Assembly: GCA_044866005.1 (NCBI GenBank)
Contig: JBIOTN010000201.1
Coordinates: forward strand, 1 to 26,891
Source of the DNA: Candidatus Rokuibacteriota bacterium
Lineage (GTDB): Bacteria > Methylomirabilota > Methylomirabilia > Rokubacteriales > DASRDR01
Length of the DNA: 26,891 nt
Direction of reading: 5' to 3'
Positions 1 to 8,421 of this stretch are shown here, piece by piece. Positions within the stretch are counted from its first letter, which is position 1. Every line of letters begins with the position of its first letter. The position numbers were made by a program, and so were the translations under genes. Under the pieces are notes generated by a model, which had not been told where the DNA came from, ran no database searches, and saw only the letters and a list, made by a program, of their open reading frames with translations.

Positions 1-1
1 G

Positions 2-157
2 CGGATGCGGCCGCTGGTCGGATCGCCCGAGGACATCCTGATCGTGGCCGCCGGGGGCCGCGCCGGGGCGTTCTCCGCCTACATCCCCGGCTGGGGCAGC
101 AAGCGCTCCTCCCAGGCCGTCACCAAGGAGGTCCCCGGCCTTCCTCCCCGCGCCTGA
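2..157 (+). CDS. 3' end of a gene entering from the left; resembles the C-terminus of the uncharacterised protein family often found beside UGSC (seleno)proteins
   Basis: Frame 2 is open from the window edge: RMRPLVGSPEDILIVAAGGRAGAFSAYIPGWGSKRSSQAVTKEVPGLPPRA, TGA at 155-157, with GC3-biased codons. The family assignment is from recollection of the PEDILIVxAGG..G..S..IPGWG motif and was not searched. Confidence 0.7.
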   Translation, partial: RMRPLVGSPEDILIVAAGGRAGAFSAYIPGWGSKRSSQAVTKEVPGLPPRA

Positions 158-178
158 TCCGGGGCGGTCGGCGGGGCG

Positions 179-508
179 TCATCGTGGCCAATACATGATG
201 ATCGCTACGCCGAGCAGGCAAACAAGCCCGCCGGCGAGATCGTAGCGGTCGGGCGCGATCCGATCGACAGCCCATCCCCACGCGGTGGACAGGACGATGA
301 AGACGCCCCCATATGCGGCATAGACACGGCCGAAGTGGGCCGGCTGGTAGGTGGGCACGACGCCGTAAAGCACCAGGATGGCGGCGCCGAGCGCGCCGAC
401 GGCCCAGGGGCCTCCGTTCCGCCACCACTGCCAGACCAGATACCCGCCGCTGATCTCGCACAGCCCCGCCAGCACAAACAATGCCGCGGACTTCACCAGC
501 AGGTTCAT
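179..508 (-). CDS. ynfA: YnfA/UPF0060 family small membrane protein (SMR-like)
   Basis: 109 aa, about 4 hydrophobic helices, family motifs EIx[19 protein letters not shown] and PDRYD. GAGGAG upstream of the ATG. Confidence 0.92.
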   Translation of the reverse strand: MNLLVKSAALFVLAGLCEISGGYLVWQWWRNGGPWAVGALGAAILVLYGVVPTYQPAHFGRVYAAYGGVFIVLSTAWGWAVDRIAPDRYDLAGGLVCLLGVAIIMYWPR

Positions 509-629
509 GGACCCTCACACTCCTCGCCGCAGGAAGCGACGGAACGGCGCTCCGGCGCCCGCACGCGTCTTGCTCGGACGGCCCGAAGAGATCGTTGCCT
601 GGATCGGCACGCGGTCGGCCGCGCCCGGC

Positions 630-1388
630 TCACTCCGTGACCAGCCGGTAGCCCACGCCGGGCTCGGTGAGCAGGAAGCGCGGGCGCGCGGAATCGGCCT
701 CCAGCTTGTGGCGGAGCTGCGCCATGTAGACGCGGAGGTAGTGGGTCTGCTCGGCGTACGACGGCCCCCAGACCTCCTGCAGGAGCTGTCGGTGGGTCAG
801 GACCTTGCCGGCGTGGCGGACCAGGGTGGTCAGGAGCTTGTACTCGGTGCGCGTGAGGTGGACGTCGGCCTCGCCCACGGAGACGCGGCGTCGCGCGAGG
901 TCGAGCCGGACGTTTCCGAAGGCGACCGTGGAATCGGTCGGCTCGCGCGCCGAGCGGGCCGCGTGCCGGAGCGCGACGCGCATGCGGGCCAGGAGCTCGC
1001 CCACGGCGAACGGCTTGGCCACGTAATCGTCCGCCCCGGCGTCGAGCGCCGCGATCTTGTCGTGCTCCTGGCCCCGGGCCGAGAGCACGATGATGGGGAT
1101 GGCCGTCCACTCCCGCAGCCGGCGGATCACCTCGACCCCGTCCAGGTCGGGCAACCCGAGGTCGAGGACGACGACGTCCGGCTGTCGCGTCGCGGCCTGG
1201 AGCAGCCCGTCCTCCCCGCTCGCCGACTCGACGACGCGGTAGCCTTCGCCCTGGAGGCTCGGACGGAGGAAACGCCGGATCTGCGGCTCGTCCTCGATCA
1301 CCACGACGGTCGCGCTGCCCGGCTGACCGGCGCCCTGCGCATTGGCCGCAGCGCGAGACTCCGGCGGGGCGCCGCCCGGGTCAGTCAT
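630..1388 (-). CDS. kdpE: KdpE-type OmpR-family response regulator
   Basis: Receiver domain (IEDEPQIRRFL, LDLGLPDLDG, LSAR, GADDYVAKPF) plus winged helix with KdpE-typical HYLRVYMAQLRHKLE...LTEPGVGYRL. Overlaps the kdpD stop. Confidence 0.93.
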   Translation of the reverse strand: MTDPGGAPPESRAAANAQGAGQPGSATVVVIEDEPQIRRFLRPSLQGEGYRVVESASGEDGLLQAATRQPDVVVLDLGLPDLDGVEVIRRLREWTAIPIIVLSARGQEHDKIAALDAGADDYVAKPFAVGELLARMRVALRHAARSAREPTDSTVAFGNVRLDLARRRVSVGEADVHLTRTEYKLLTTLVRHAGKVLTHRQLLQEVWGPSYAEQTHYLRVYMAQLRHKLEADSARPRFLLTEPGVGYRLVTE

Positions 1389-3348
1389 CGCTCGGTGGGA
1401 CTTCCGGTGGCTTGTCGGCGAGCGGCAGCGTGAAGCGAAAGACCACCCCGCCGCCCGGACGATTCTCGGCGACGATGTGCCCGCCGTGCGCCTCGACCAT
1501 TCCCCGGCAGACCGTCAGGCCGAGGCCGACCCCGCCCCGCGTCCCGACCTGCGGGCCGCGGTAGAACTTGTCGAACACGCGATCCTCGTCCCCGGCGAGG
1601 AGCCCCGGGCCGCGGTCGGCGACCGAGACGGCGACCGCGGCATCCTCGATGGCGGCAGCGACCTCGATCGGAGCCTCCGCCGGGGTGTACTTGATGGCGT
1701 TCTCCAGCAGGTTGATGAGCACCTGCTCGATCAGAACGGCGTCGAGCGGGACCAGCGGCAGGTCGGGCGCGAGCGCCGTCCTCAATGGCCGGTTTGCCAG
1801 GCGGCCCTGGAGTCGGCCCAGTGCCGCGCCCACGACTTCTTCGAGCGGATGCCAGTCCTTCCGGACCTGGAGAGTCCCCGACTCCAGGCGCGTCATGTCC
1901 AGCAGATCGTGGACGAGACGGCTCAAGCGGTCGGCTTCCTCGTGGATGGCCCGAGCGAGCTCGGTTCTGGTGGCCGCATCGAGCCGCTCCCCACCTTCGG
2001 CGAGCGCGCTGGCACTGCCGGTGATCGTCGCCAGCGGCGTGCGGAGGTCGTGAGAGACGGAGCTCAGGAGCGTGCTGCGGAGCCGCTCCGCCTCGACCCG
2101 GAGCTGCGCCTGCTGCGCCTCCTCCGCGAGCGTCGCTCGTTCGACGGCCAGCGCCGTCTGCGCCGCGAGAGTCTCCAGGAGGTGAAGCTGCTCCGACGTC
2201 GGGAGCGCTCGCGAATCGCGGGGCCGGATGCCGAGCACCCCGACGGTGCCGCGGGAGGCGAGGAGCGGCAGGTAGAGCGCCCTCGCGCGTGGCGCCCTGG
2301 CGTTGCCGACGCCGGCGGGCTCGCCGTGCTCGAAGGCCCACTCACGGGCGGCTCGCTCGTCCGGATCCTCGTCCACTCTGCCCGGCCCACCTGCTCGAGG
2401 GACGAGGCGGCCGGCGGCGTCCGGGAGAAACACCCCGACCTCGCTCATGAAGTCTTGCCCGACGTGGCGGCTGGCGGCCCGCACCAGGTCGTCCACTCCC
2501 CGCAGGCTCGCCAGTTCGCGACTCATGGCGTAGAGCACGGCCGTCCGTCGCTCGCGTTGGCGGGCCGATTCCGCCTGCTGGCGAACTCGGACGGTCAGCG
2601 TGCTGATCACGAGCGCCACCACGAGCATGACCGCGAAGGTCACGAGGTACTGGGTATCGGCGACGCGGAACGTCAGGTAGGGCGGGACGAAGAAGAAATC
2701 GAAGGAAGCCACGCTCAGGACGGAGGCGAGGACGCTCGGACGGCGTCCCGATCGCGCTGCGACCAGCGCGACGCCCAGCAGGTAGACCATCACCAGGTTC
2801 GACCGCTCGAAGTGCGGGAACATGAGCCAGGCGATGGCGGTCGAGAGGCCGACGGCGCTGGCGGCCTCGACGTGCGCCCGCCACGCGCCGACGCTCGACC
2901 GCGGAGGGGCACCGACCCGCAGGGGCTCCGCCCCATCGCCCCGCATCACGTACACGTCGAGGTCGCCGCTCTTCCGGACCAGCTCGTTCACGACAGAACC
3001 GAAGAGCGCCTCGCGCCAGCGAGGCGCCGCCGGTTTCCCGACAACGAGTCTGCCGGCCCCCGTCTCGCGCGCGTACGCGACGAGCTCGTCCGCGACGTTG
3101 CGACCCGTCAGCGTGATGGTCCGCGCGCCGAGCCGCTCGGCGAGTCCTAGCGTTTGCGCCGCGCGGACCCGATCTGACTCGGGCAACCGCGCGTGACCCC
3201 GCGTCTCGACGTAGGCCGCCAGCCACTCGGCACCGGAGGCCGCCGCCATCCGGCTCGCGGCGCGGACGACCCGCGCCGCCGTCGGACTCGGGCTGACGCA
3301 AACCAGGATCCGATCGCTCAGGGAACCGCGGGGAGGCGCCTGGGTCAC
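1381..3348 (-). CDS. kdpD: KdpD-type sensor histidine kinase lacking the N-terminal KdpD (Walker-like) domain
   Basis: USP domain (RILVCVSPS...WLAAYVE), 4-TM DUF4118-like region (FDFFFVPPYLTF), GAF, HisKA (SVSHDLRTPL), HATPase (NLLENAIKY, DRGPG, GLGL). An in-frame TGA at 3358-3360 prevents N-terminal extension. Confidence 0.92.
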   Translation of the reverse strand: MTQAPPRGSLSDRILVCVSPSPTAARVVRAASRMAAASGAEWLAAYVETRGHARLPESDRVRAAQTLGLAERLGARTITLTGRNVADELVAYARETGAGRLVVGKPAAPRWREALFGSVVNELVRKSGDLDVYVMRGDGAEPLRVGAPPRSSVGAWRAHVEAASAVGLSTAIAWLMFPHFERSNLVMVYLLGVALVAARSGRRPSVLASVLSVASFDFFFVPPYLTFRVADTQYLVTFAVMLVVALVISTLTVRVRQQAESARQRERRTAVLYAMSRELASLRGVDDLVRAASRHVGQDFMSEVGVFLPDAAGRLVPRAGGPGRVDEDPDERAAREWAFEHGEPAGVGNARAPRARALYLPLLASRGTVGVLGIRPRDSRALPTSEQLHLLETLAAQTALAVERATLAEEAQQAQLRVEAERLRSTLLSSVSHDLRTPLATITGSASALAEGGERLDAATRTELARAIHEEADRLSRLVHDLLDMTRLESGTLQVRKDWHPLEEVVGAALGRLQGRLANRPLRTALAPDLPLVPLDAVLIEQVLINLLENAIKYTPAEAPIEVAAAIEDAAVAVSVADRGPGLLAGDEDRVFDKFYRGPQVGTRGGVGLGLTVCRGMVEAHGGHIVAENRPGGGVVFRFTLPLADKPPEVPPSDD

Positions 3349-3524
3349 GACGCCGTTTCAGCCGCGGGAGGTCACGGCCGTGTTCGGCCACGGCGCGGAC
3401 TCGATGGATCGCCGAGCTTTCCGGAGGTGCCGCATCAGAGCGCCGCCGCGTCTTTGCGCGGGTCTTCGCGCTCTGAATGCTACGCCTCCCTGGCGCCTCA
3501 CACAACCTCACGGCCGGTGCCGCC

Positions 3525-3573
3525 TTTACGCTTTCTTGACGGGTCCGCCACGCCTTTTGACGCGCGTTTGACC
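3525..3573 (+). promoter_or_regulatory. Two tandem KdpE-box-like direct-repeat sites upstream of the kimA-like gene
   Basis: TTTACG(3525)-CTTTC-TTGACG(3536) and TTGACG(3557)-CGCGT-TTGACC(3568): 11-bp periodicity within each pair, T-rich in a GC-rich background. Resembles the E. coli KdpE site TTTATACTTTTTTTACA. Confidence 0.7.
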
Positions 3574-3622
3574 CCCATCCTGCTGAACTGGTCTCTGGCA
3601 GCGCGGGGCCGCGAGGTGAGGC

Positions 3623-5482
3623 GTGGAGCCACGCGGGCCCGTACGCATGTGGATCCAGGCGCTGAAGCGAAGCCTCCTCGGCCAGCCCATCCCGACCTCG
3701 CTCGAGAAGCACGAGCGCCTCGGCCGCGTCACCGGCCTGGCCGTCTTCGCCTCGGACGCCCTCTCCTCCAGCGCATACGCCACGGAGGAGATCTTCCTGA
3801 TCCTGATCCTCGCCGGGACCTGGGTCCTCCACACCTCCGTCCCCATCTCCCTCGGGATCGCCGCGCTGCTCGCCATCGTCGTCAGCTCCTACCGCCAGAC
3901 GATCCTCGCGTACCCGAGTGCGGGCGGCGCGTACATCGTGAGCCGCGAGAACCTGGGGACCTATCCGAGCCTCGTCGCGGGGGCGGCGCTCCTGACCGAC
4001 TACGTGCTGACCGTCTCGGTCAGCGTCGCCGCCGGAATCGCCGCCGTCACCTCCGCCGTGCCCCCGCTCTATCCCTACCGGATCGAGCTCTGCGTGCTCG
4101 GGGTGCTCGTCATCACCATCGCCAATCTTCGAGGCGTCCGGGAATCGGGCCGCGTCTTCGCGCTCCCGACCTACGCCTTTGTCGCGTCCTATGTCCTGAT
4201 GATCGGCTGGGGCCTCGTCCTGTGGCTCCGGGGCGTGCCCGCCCCGGCCGAAGTCTCGGCGGCCGCCGCCGCGGCGGGAACGCAAGACCTGACGCTCTTC
4301 CTGGCGCTCCGCGCCTTCGCCTCGGGGTGCGTCGCGCTCACCGGGATCGAGGCCGTCTCGAATGGCGTGCCCGCCTTCCGCGCGCCCGAGGCACGGAACG
4401 CGCGGCAGGTCCTGGTGATGCTCGGCACGGTGCTCATCAGCCTGTTCGTCGGAATCACTTTCCTGGCCAATCATTTCGGCCTCGTGCCCGCCGAGCAGGA
4501 GACCATCAACTCGCAACTGGCCCGTCGGGTCTTCGGCGACGGCAGCCTGCTCTACTACGTCGTGCAGACCATGACCATGCTGATCCTGGTCCTGGCGGCC
4601 AACACGAGCTTCGCGGACTTTCCGCGCCTGTCGTCGTTCATGGCCCGGGACCGGTTCATGTCGCGCCAGTTCGCCAACCGCGGCGACCGCCTCGCCTTCT
4701 CCAACGGTATCATCATCCTCGCCGTCTTGAGCGCCCTCCTCCTCGTCGTCTTCCAGGGGGAAACGCACGCCCTGATCCCGCTCTACGCCGTCGGGGTCTT
4801 CGTGTCGTTCACGCTGTCGCAGGCCGGCATGGTCCGGTACTGGGTCCGCGAACGGGGGCCGCGGTGGACGCTGCGCGCCACGCTGAACGGGGCGGGCGCC
4901 GTAGCCACCGGCATCGTGACCGTGATCATCGCCACGACGAAGTTCGCCCACGGCGCCTGGATCGTCATCCTCCTGATCCCGTGTCTGGTGGCCCTCTTCC
5001 TCGGCATCCGCCGGCACTACGGGGACGTAGCGCGGCAACTGTCGATCGAAGGCCTGGAACCGCACGAGCCCCCGCCACCCACCCACCTGGTGCTCGTGCT
5101 GGTGGGCGACATGCACCGCGGCGTCCTGGCCGCGATCCGGTACGCCCGCGCGATCTCGGGCAGCGCGCGGGCCGTCTACGTCGAAATGGATCCGGACGCG
5201 AGCCGACGGCTGGAGGAGCGCTGGGGGAAGTGGGGGAGCGGCGTCCCCCTCGTGGTGCTCCGGTCACCCTACCGGTCGGTCGTCGGGGCGTTTCTCGACT
5301 ACCTCGATCACCTGCAGGAGCACGCGCCGGACGCGCTCATCACGATCATCCTGCCGGAGTTCGTGCCCGCGCGCTGGTGGCAGCATCTCTTGCACAACCA
5401 GACCGCCTTGCTGATCAAGGGGGCGCTCCTCTTCCGCCGCGGCGTGATCGTGACGGACGTCCCCTACCACCTCCGCCGTTAG
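3623..5482 (+). CDS. kimA: KimA/YdaO-like APC-superfamily (KUP-type) K+/H+ symporter
   Basis: About 12 TM helices; KimA-type motifs SDALSSSAYATEE, SYRQTILAYPSAGGAY, LTDYVLTV, TGIEAVSNGVPAF, LIPLYAVGVF; cytoplasmic C-terminal SPYRS...LLHNQTAL. GTG start with GAGGTGAG upstream; alternative ATG at 3647. Confidence 0.87.
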   Translation: MEPRGPVRMWIQALKRSLLGQPIPTSLEKHERLGRVTGLAVFASDALSSSAYATEEIFLILILAGTWVLHTSVPISLGIAALLAIVVSSYRQTILAYPSAGGAYIVSRENLGTYPSLVAGAALLTDYVLTVSVSVAAGIAAVTSAVPPLYPYRIELCVLGVLVITIANLRGVRESGRVFALPTYAFVASYVLMIGWGLVLWLRGVPAPAEVSAAAAAAGTQDLTLFLALRAFASGCVALTGIEAVSNGVPAFRAPEARNARQVLVMLGTVLISLFVGITFLANHFGLVPAEQETINSQLARRVFGDGSLLYYVVQTMTMLILVLAANTSFADFPRLSSFMARDRFMSRQFANRGDRLAFSNGIIILAVLSALLLVVFQGETHALIPLYAVGVFVSFTLSQAGMVRYWVRERGPRWTLRATLNGAGAVATGIVTVIIATTKFAHGAWIVILLIPCLVALFLGIRRHYGDVARQLSIEGLEPHEPPPPTHLVLVLVGDMHRGVLAAIRYARAISGSARAVYVEMDPDASRRLEERWGKWGSGVPLVVLRSPYRSVVGAFLDYLDHLQEHAPDALITIILPEFVPARWWQHLLHNQTALLIKGALLFRRGVIVTDVPYHLRR

Positions 5483-5569
5483 CCCGCGCCACTGGCCCGG
5501 GGACTTGCAAACGCGGCCGCGATGTGGCGTGATGTCAGGGACGACGACTCCCGGAGGAGGTGAAGCGGC

Positions 5570-6097
5570 ATGGAGCTCCTCGATCCCACGACGGAGGTCG
5601 CCACCCAGGCCCTGGCCTACGTGCCCCGGCCCGACTCGCTCCAGGGCAAGCGCGTCGGCCTCATCGAGAACACGAAGTTCAACTCCGACCGGCTGCTCCA
5701 GAAGATCGGCGACGTCCTCAAGGCGGAGTACGGCGCCGCCGAGACGCGCATGTGGCGCAAGCGCAACTCCAGCGTCCCGGCCCACGAGGAGGTCATCACC
5801 GAGCTCCGCGCGACCTGCGACGTCATGGTCGCCGGGATCGGCGACTGAGGGTCCTGCTCGTCGGGCAGTGTGCTCGACGGAATCCTGCTGGAGAAGGCGG
5901 GGGTCCCTTCGGCGTCGATCGTGACGGACGTCTTCGAGGTGACGGGCCGGGCGATGGCGGAGCAGTGGGGCCTGCCCTACTACCGCTTCCTCGTCATGCC
6001 CCACCCGATCGCGAACCTGTCGGAGGCCGAGCTCGACCAGCGGGCGCGCGAGATCGCGCCCGAGGTCGTCAAGCTCCTCCTCCAGGGCCAAGACTAG
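5570..6097 (+). CDS. UGSC-motif selenoprotein (175 aa, Sec93, UxxC), encoded through an in-frame TGA at 5846-5848
   Basis: ORFs 5570-5848 and 5870-6097 are in the same frame, joined as ...AGIGD-TGA-GSCSSGSVLDGILLEKAGVP.... Strong GGAGGAGG SD before 5570, none before 5870. SECIS-like hairpin just downstream of the TGA. Confidence 0.88.
5849..5885 (+). other. Candidate bacterial SECIS element
   Basis: Stem CGTCGGGCA (5859-5867) / TGCTCGACG (5871-5879), 9 bp with one G-U pair, apical loop GUG starting 19 nt after the UGA. Possible lower stem GGGTCC/GGAATCC. Confidence 0.72.
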
Positions 6098-6125
6098 CCT
6101 ATCGCAGTAGACCAGACATCGCGAA

Positions 6126-6164
6126 GGGGGAGGCTCGGAGGGGGCCGTCGAGGCCCCCCCCGAA
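6126..6164. repeat. REP-like GC palindrome, copy 1; probable bidirectional terminator between the convergent UGSC and ilvD genes
   Basis: TCGGAGGGGGCC-GTCGA-GGCCCCCCCCGA (6135-6163), a 12-bp stem with one mismatch, preceded by GGGGGAGG. Related copy at 20773-20812. Confidence 0.65.
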
Positions 6165-6168
6165 GAAC

Positions 6169-7836
6169 CTAGCCCGTCACCGCGCCCTCGGAGGCGGACG
6201 ACACCATCCGCGCGTACTTGGCCAGCACGCCCCACGCGTAGCGCGGCCGCGGCGCCTTCCAGCGCCGGAGCCGCTTTCGCAGCTCCGCGGCGCCGAGCTC
6301 GACGTCGAGCCGCCGCCGCTTCACGTCGAAGACGATGACGTCCCCGTTCCGGATCGCCGCGATGGGGCCGCCCACCGCCGCCTCGGGCGCCACGTGGCCC
6401 GCCATGAAGCCGTGGGTCGCGCCGGAGAACCGCCCGTCGGTGAGGAGCGCCACGGAGGCGCCGAGCCCCGCGCCCTGGAGCGCGCCCGTGACGGCCAGCA
6501 TCTCGCGCATCCCCGGCCCGCCGCGCGGCCCCTCGTAGCGGATGACGAGCACGTCACCGGCCTTGATCTTCCCCGCCTTGATCGCGGCGAACGCGTCCTC
6601 CTCCCGGTCGAAGACCCGCGCCGGCCCGCGGTGCGTGAGGCGATCGTGGCCCACGACCTTGAGGATGCAGCCGTCGGGCGCCAGGTTGCCGCGCAGCACC
6701 ACCATGCCGCCGGTCGGTTTCAGCGGGTTCGCGAGCGGCCGGATCACCTCCTGGCCGGTGGTCTCCCGCGCCGCGCGCGCCTCTTCGCCGATGGTCCGGC
6801 CGGTCACGGTCGGCTCCTTCTCCTGAAGGAGTCCGGCGTCCAGGAGGCGCCGGGCGATCACCGCCATGCCGCCGGCCTGGTACATCTCCGGCGCGGTGAA
6901 GCGTCCGGCCGGCTTGAGGTCGGCCAGGAGCGGCGTCTTGCGGGCCACGCGGTCGAAGTCGTCGAGCGTCAGCCGCACCCCCGTCTCGCGGGCGACCGCG
7001 AGCAGGTGCAGCACGACGTTGGTCGAGCCCCCGGTGGCCATGGCGCCGGCGATCGCGTTGAGGAACGCGTTCCGCGTCATGACCTGGCGCGGCGTGACGC
7101 CCTTCCGCAGGAGCTCCATGACGAGGCGCCCGGTCTCGAACGCGACCTCCGCCTTCCGCGGGTCCACGGCCGGCACGTCGTTGAATCCCATCGGCGAGAT
7201 CCCGAGCATCTCGAAGGCGGTGGCCATGGTGTTCGCCGTGAACTGGCCGCCGCACGCCCCGGCGCCCGGGCAGGCGTGGCTCTCGATCCCCTTGAGCTCC
7301 TCCGCGGTGATCTTCCCCGCGTTGTGGGCGCCGACCGCCTCGAAGACGTCCTGGACCGTCAGGCGCCGGCCCCGGTACTCCCCGTACATGATCGAGCCGC
7401 CGTAGAGCATGAGCCCCGGCAGGTCGAGTCGCGCCAGCGCCATCACCGTCCCCGGGATCGTCTTGTCGCAGCCCGAGATCCCGACCAGGGCGTCGAAGAG
7501 GTGGCCGCGCGCCACGAGCTCGATGGAATCGGCCACGACCTCGCGGCTCACGAGCGAGGCCTTCATCCCCTCCGTCCCCATGGCGATCCCGTCGGTCACG
7601 GAGACCGTGTTGTACTCGATGGGAGTGCCGCCGGCGGCGCGGATCCCTTCCTTGACCTTCTCGGCGAGCTTCTGGTGGTTCCAGTTGCACGGCGTCACCT
7701 CGATCCAGCAGTGGGCGACGCCGACGAGCGGCCGGGCCAGGTCCTCCTCCGTGAAGCCGATGGCCTTGAAGTACGAGCGGGCCGGCGCGCGGTCCGGCCC
7801 TTCGAGGAGTGTGCGGCTCTTGTGCCTGGGATCCAT
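6169..7836 (-). CDS. ilvD: Dihydroxy-acid dehydratase
   Basis: 555 aa from MDPRHKS (ATG at 7836, GGAGG SD). Motifs [65 protein letters not shown]. Confidence 0.96.
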   Translation of the reverse strand: MDPRHKSRTLLEGPDRAPARSYFKAIGFTEEDLARPLVGVAHCWIEVTPCNWNHQKLAEKVKEGIRAAGGTPIEYNTVSVTDGIAMGTEGMKASLVSREVVADSIELVARGHLFDALVGISGCDKTIPGTVMALARLDLPGLMLYGGSIMYGEYRGRRLTVQDVFEAVGAHNAGKITAEELKGIESHACPGAGACGGQFTANTMATAFEMLGISPMGFNDVPAVDPRKAEVAFETGRLVMELLRKGVTPRQVMTRNAFLNAIAGAMATGGSTNVVLHLLAVARETGVRLTLDDFDRVARKTPLLADLKPAGRFTAPEMYQAGGMAVIARRLLDAGLLQEKEPTVTGRTIGEEARAARETTGQEVIRPLANPLKPTGGMVVLRGNLAPDGCILKVVGHDRLTHRGPARVFDREEDAFAAIKAGKIKAGDVLVIRYEGPRGGPGMREMLAVTGALQGAGLGASVALLTDGRFSGATHGFMAGHVAPEAAVGGPIAAIRNGDVIVFDVKRRRLDVELGAAELRKRLRRWKAPRPRYAWGVLAKYARMVSSASEGAVTG

Positions 7837-7924
7837 GACGGGCGTCCTCCATCCGGCCCCGCGGGGCCCTGTTCCCTTTCCGGCGGCGTCGCGCCGATCT
7901 GGCGTCTTCCGCGGAACGGCGCCT

Positions 7925-7933
7925 ATTCTAGCA
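7925..7933 (-). promoter_or_regulatory. Extended -10 promoter for ilvD
   Basis: TGCTAGAAT on the minus strand, about 90 nt upstream of the ATG. Confidence 0.5.
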
Positions 7934-8111
7934 GAGAGGGCGCGCACGCGCCTGCGCCGCGGCATCCGCTTTGCACGGTGGTCACCCGGAGAACCGGCCG
8001 CGGAAGACCACCGGCGTCGCAAGAGTGCCAGCTTCCCGGGCACTCTCGCCGCGAGAGCCCGCCAGGGCGTGACGCGCCCCGGCGGCCGTCGTGAAGGAGG
8101 TACCTACGACC

Positions 8112-8390
8112 ATGCAGCGACTGCTCGCGCCCGTGCTGTTCGTGTTGCTGGCCGCGTCCGTCGCGTGGGCCGACGAGAGCGTCGAGGGACGGATCACCAC
8201 GCTCGAACCGAACGGGCAGGTCCTGACGCTCGAGGACGGGACCCGGCTCACGGTCCCGTCGAACGTGCTGATCGATCCCTACAGCGGGAGCGTGGATCGT
8301 CCGGTGTTGAAGCCGGGCGAGCACGTCAGGGCGAGTTACGACGAGGTCCGGGGTGAAAACCTCGTGACGTCGATCGAGGTGACGGAGTAG
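8112..8390 (+). CDS. Small secreted beta-rich protein, DUF1344-like
   Basis: AAGGAGG SD at 8094-8100; signal peptide MQRLLAPVLFVLLAASVAWA; then VEGRITTLE...LTLEDGTRLTVP...LKPGEHVRASY...VTSIEV, an OB-like pattern. Confidence 0.75.
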   Translation: MQRLLAPVLFVLLAASVAWADESVEGRITTLEPNGQVLTLEDGTRLTVPSNVLIDPYSGSVDRPVLKPGEHVRASYDEVRGENLVTSIEVTE

Positions 8391-8421
8391 CGAGGCGTCA
8401 CCCGGCCCGGCGCGCCACGCC

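Noticed and set aside
509..629. Guanidine riboswitch upstream of ynfA
   Set aside because: The minus strand has ACGA and CAAGACG fragments reminiscent of guanidine-III, but I could not form the P1/P2 pseudoknot, and there are no twin ACGR hairpins.
3349..3622. c-di-AMP (ydaO) riboswitch upstream of the kimA-like gene
   Set aside because: The conserved blocks (GGGG.UGAAUCC, CCCGAA.CCG.CAGCUAAC) are not visible; KdpE-like repeats are present instead. An Infernal search would settle it.
2342..5116. 924-aa minus-strand ORF and other long overlapping ORFs (e.g. 3193-5532, 5560-8094, 14051-15874, 14875-16821)
   Set aside because: Arg/Pro/Gly-rich shadow frames of real genes, expected at this GC content, with no recognisable motifs.
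5570..6097. Two separate small genes or a pseudogene
   Set aside because: In-frame UGA within a UxxC motif plus a SECIS-like hairpin is better explained by Sec recoding.
7837..8043. N-terminal extension of IlvD, and similar extensions of MqnC, MqnD, the glycosyltransferase and the deacetylase
   Set aside because: Low-complexity sequence upstream of better-supported starts that match family N-termini.
8010..8060. sigma54 promoter or operator upstream of the DUF1344-like gene
   Set aside because: There is a GAGTGCC...GGCACTC inverted repeat, but the -24/-12 match is poor and support is insufficient.
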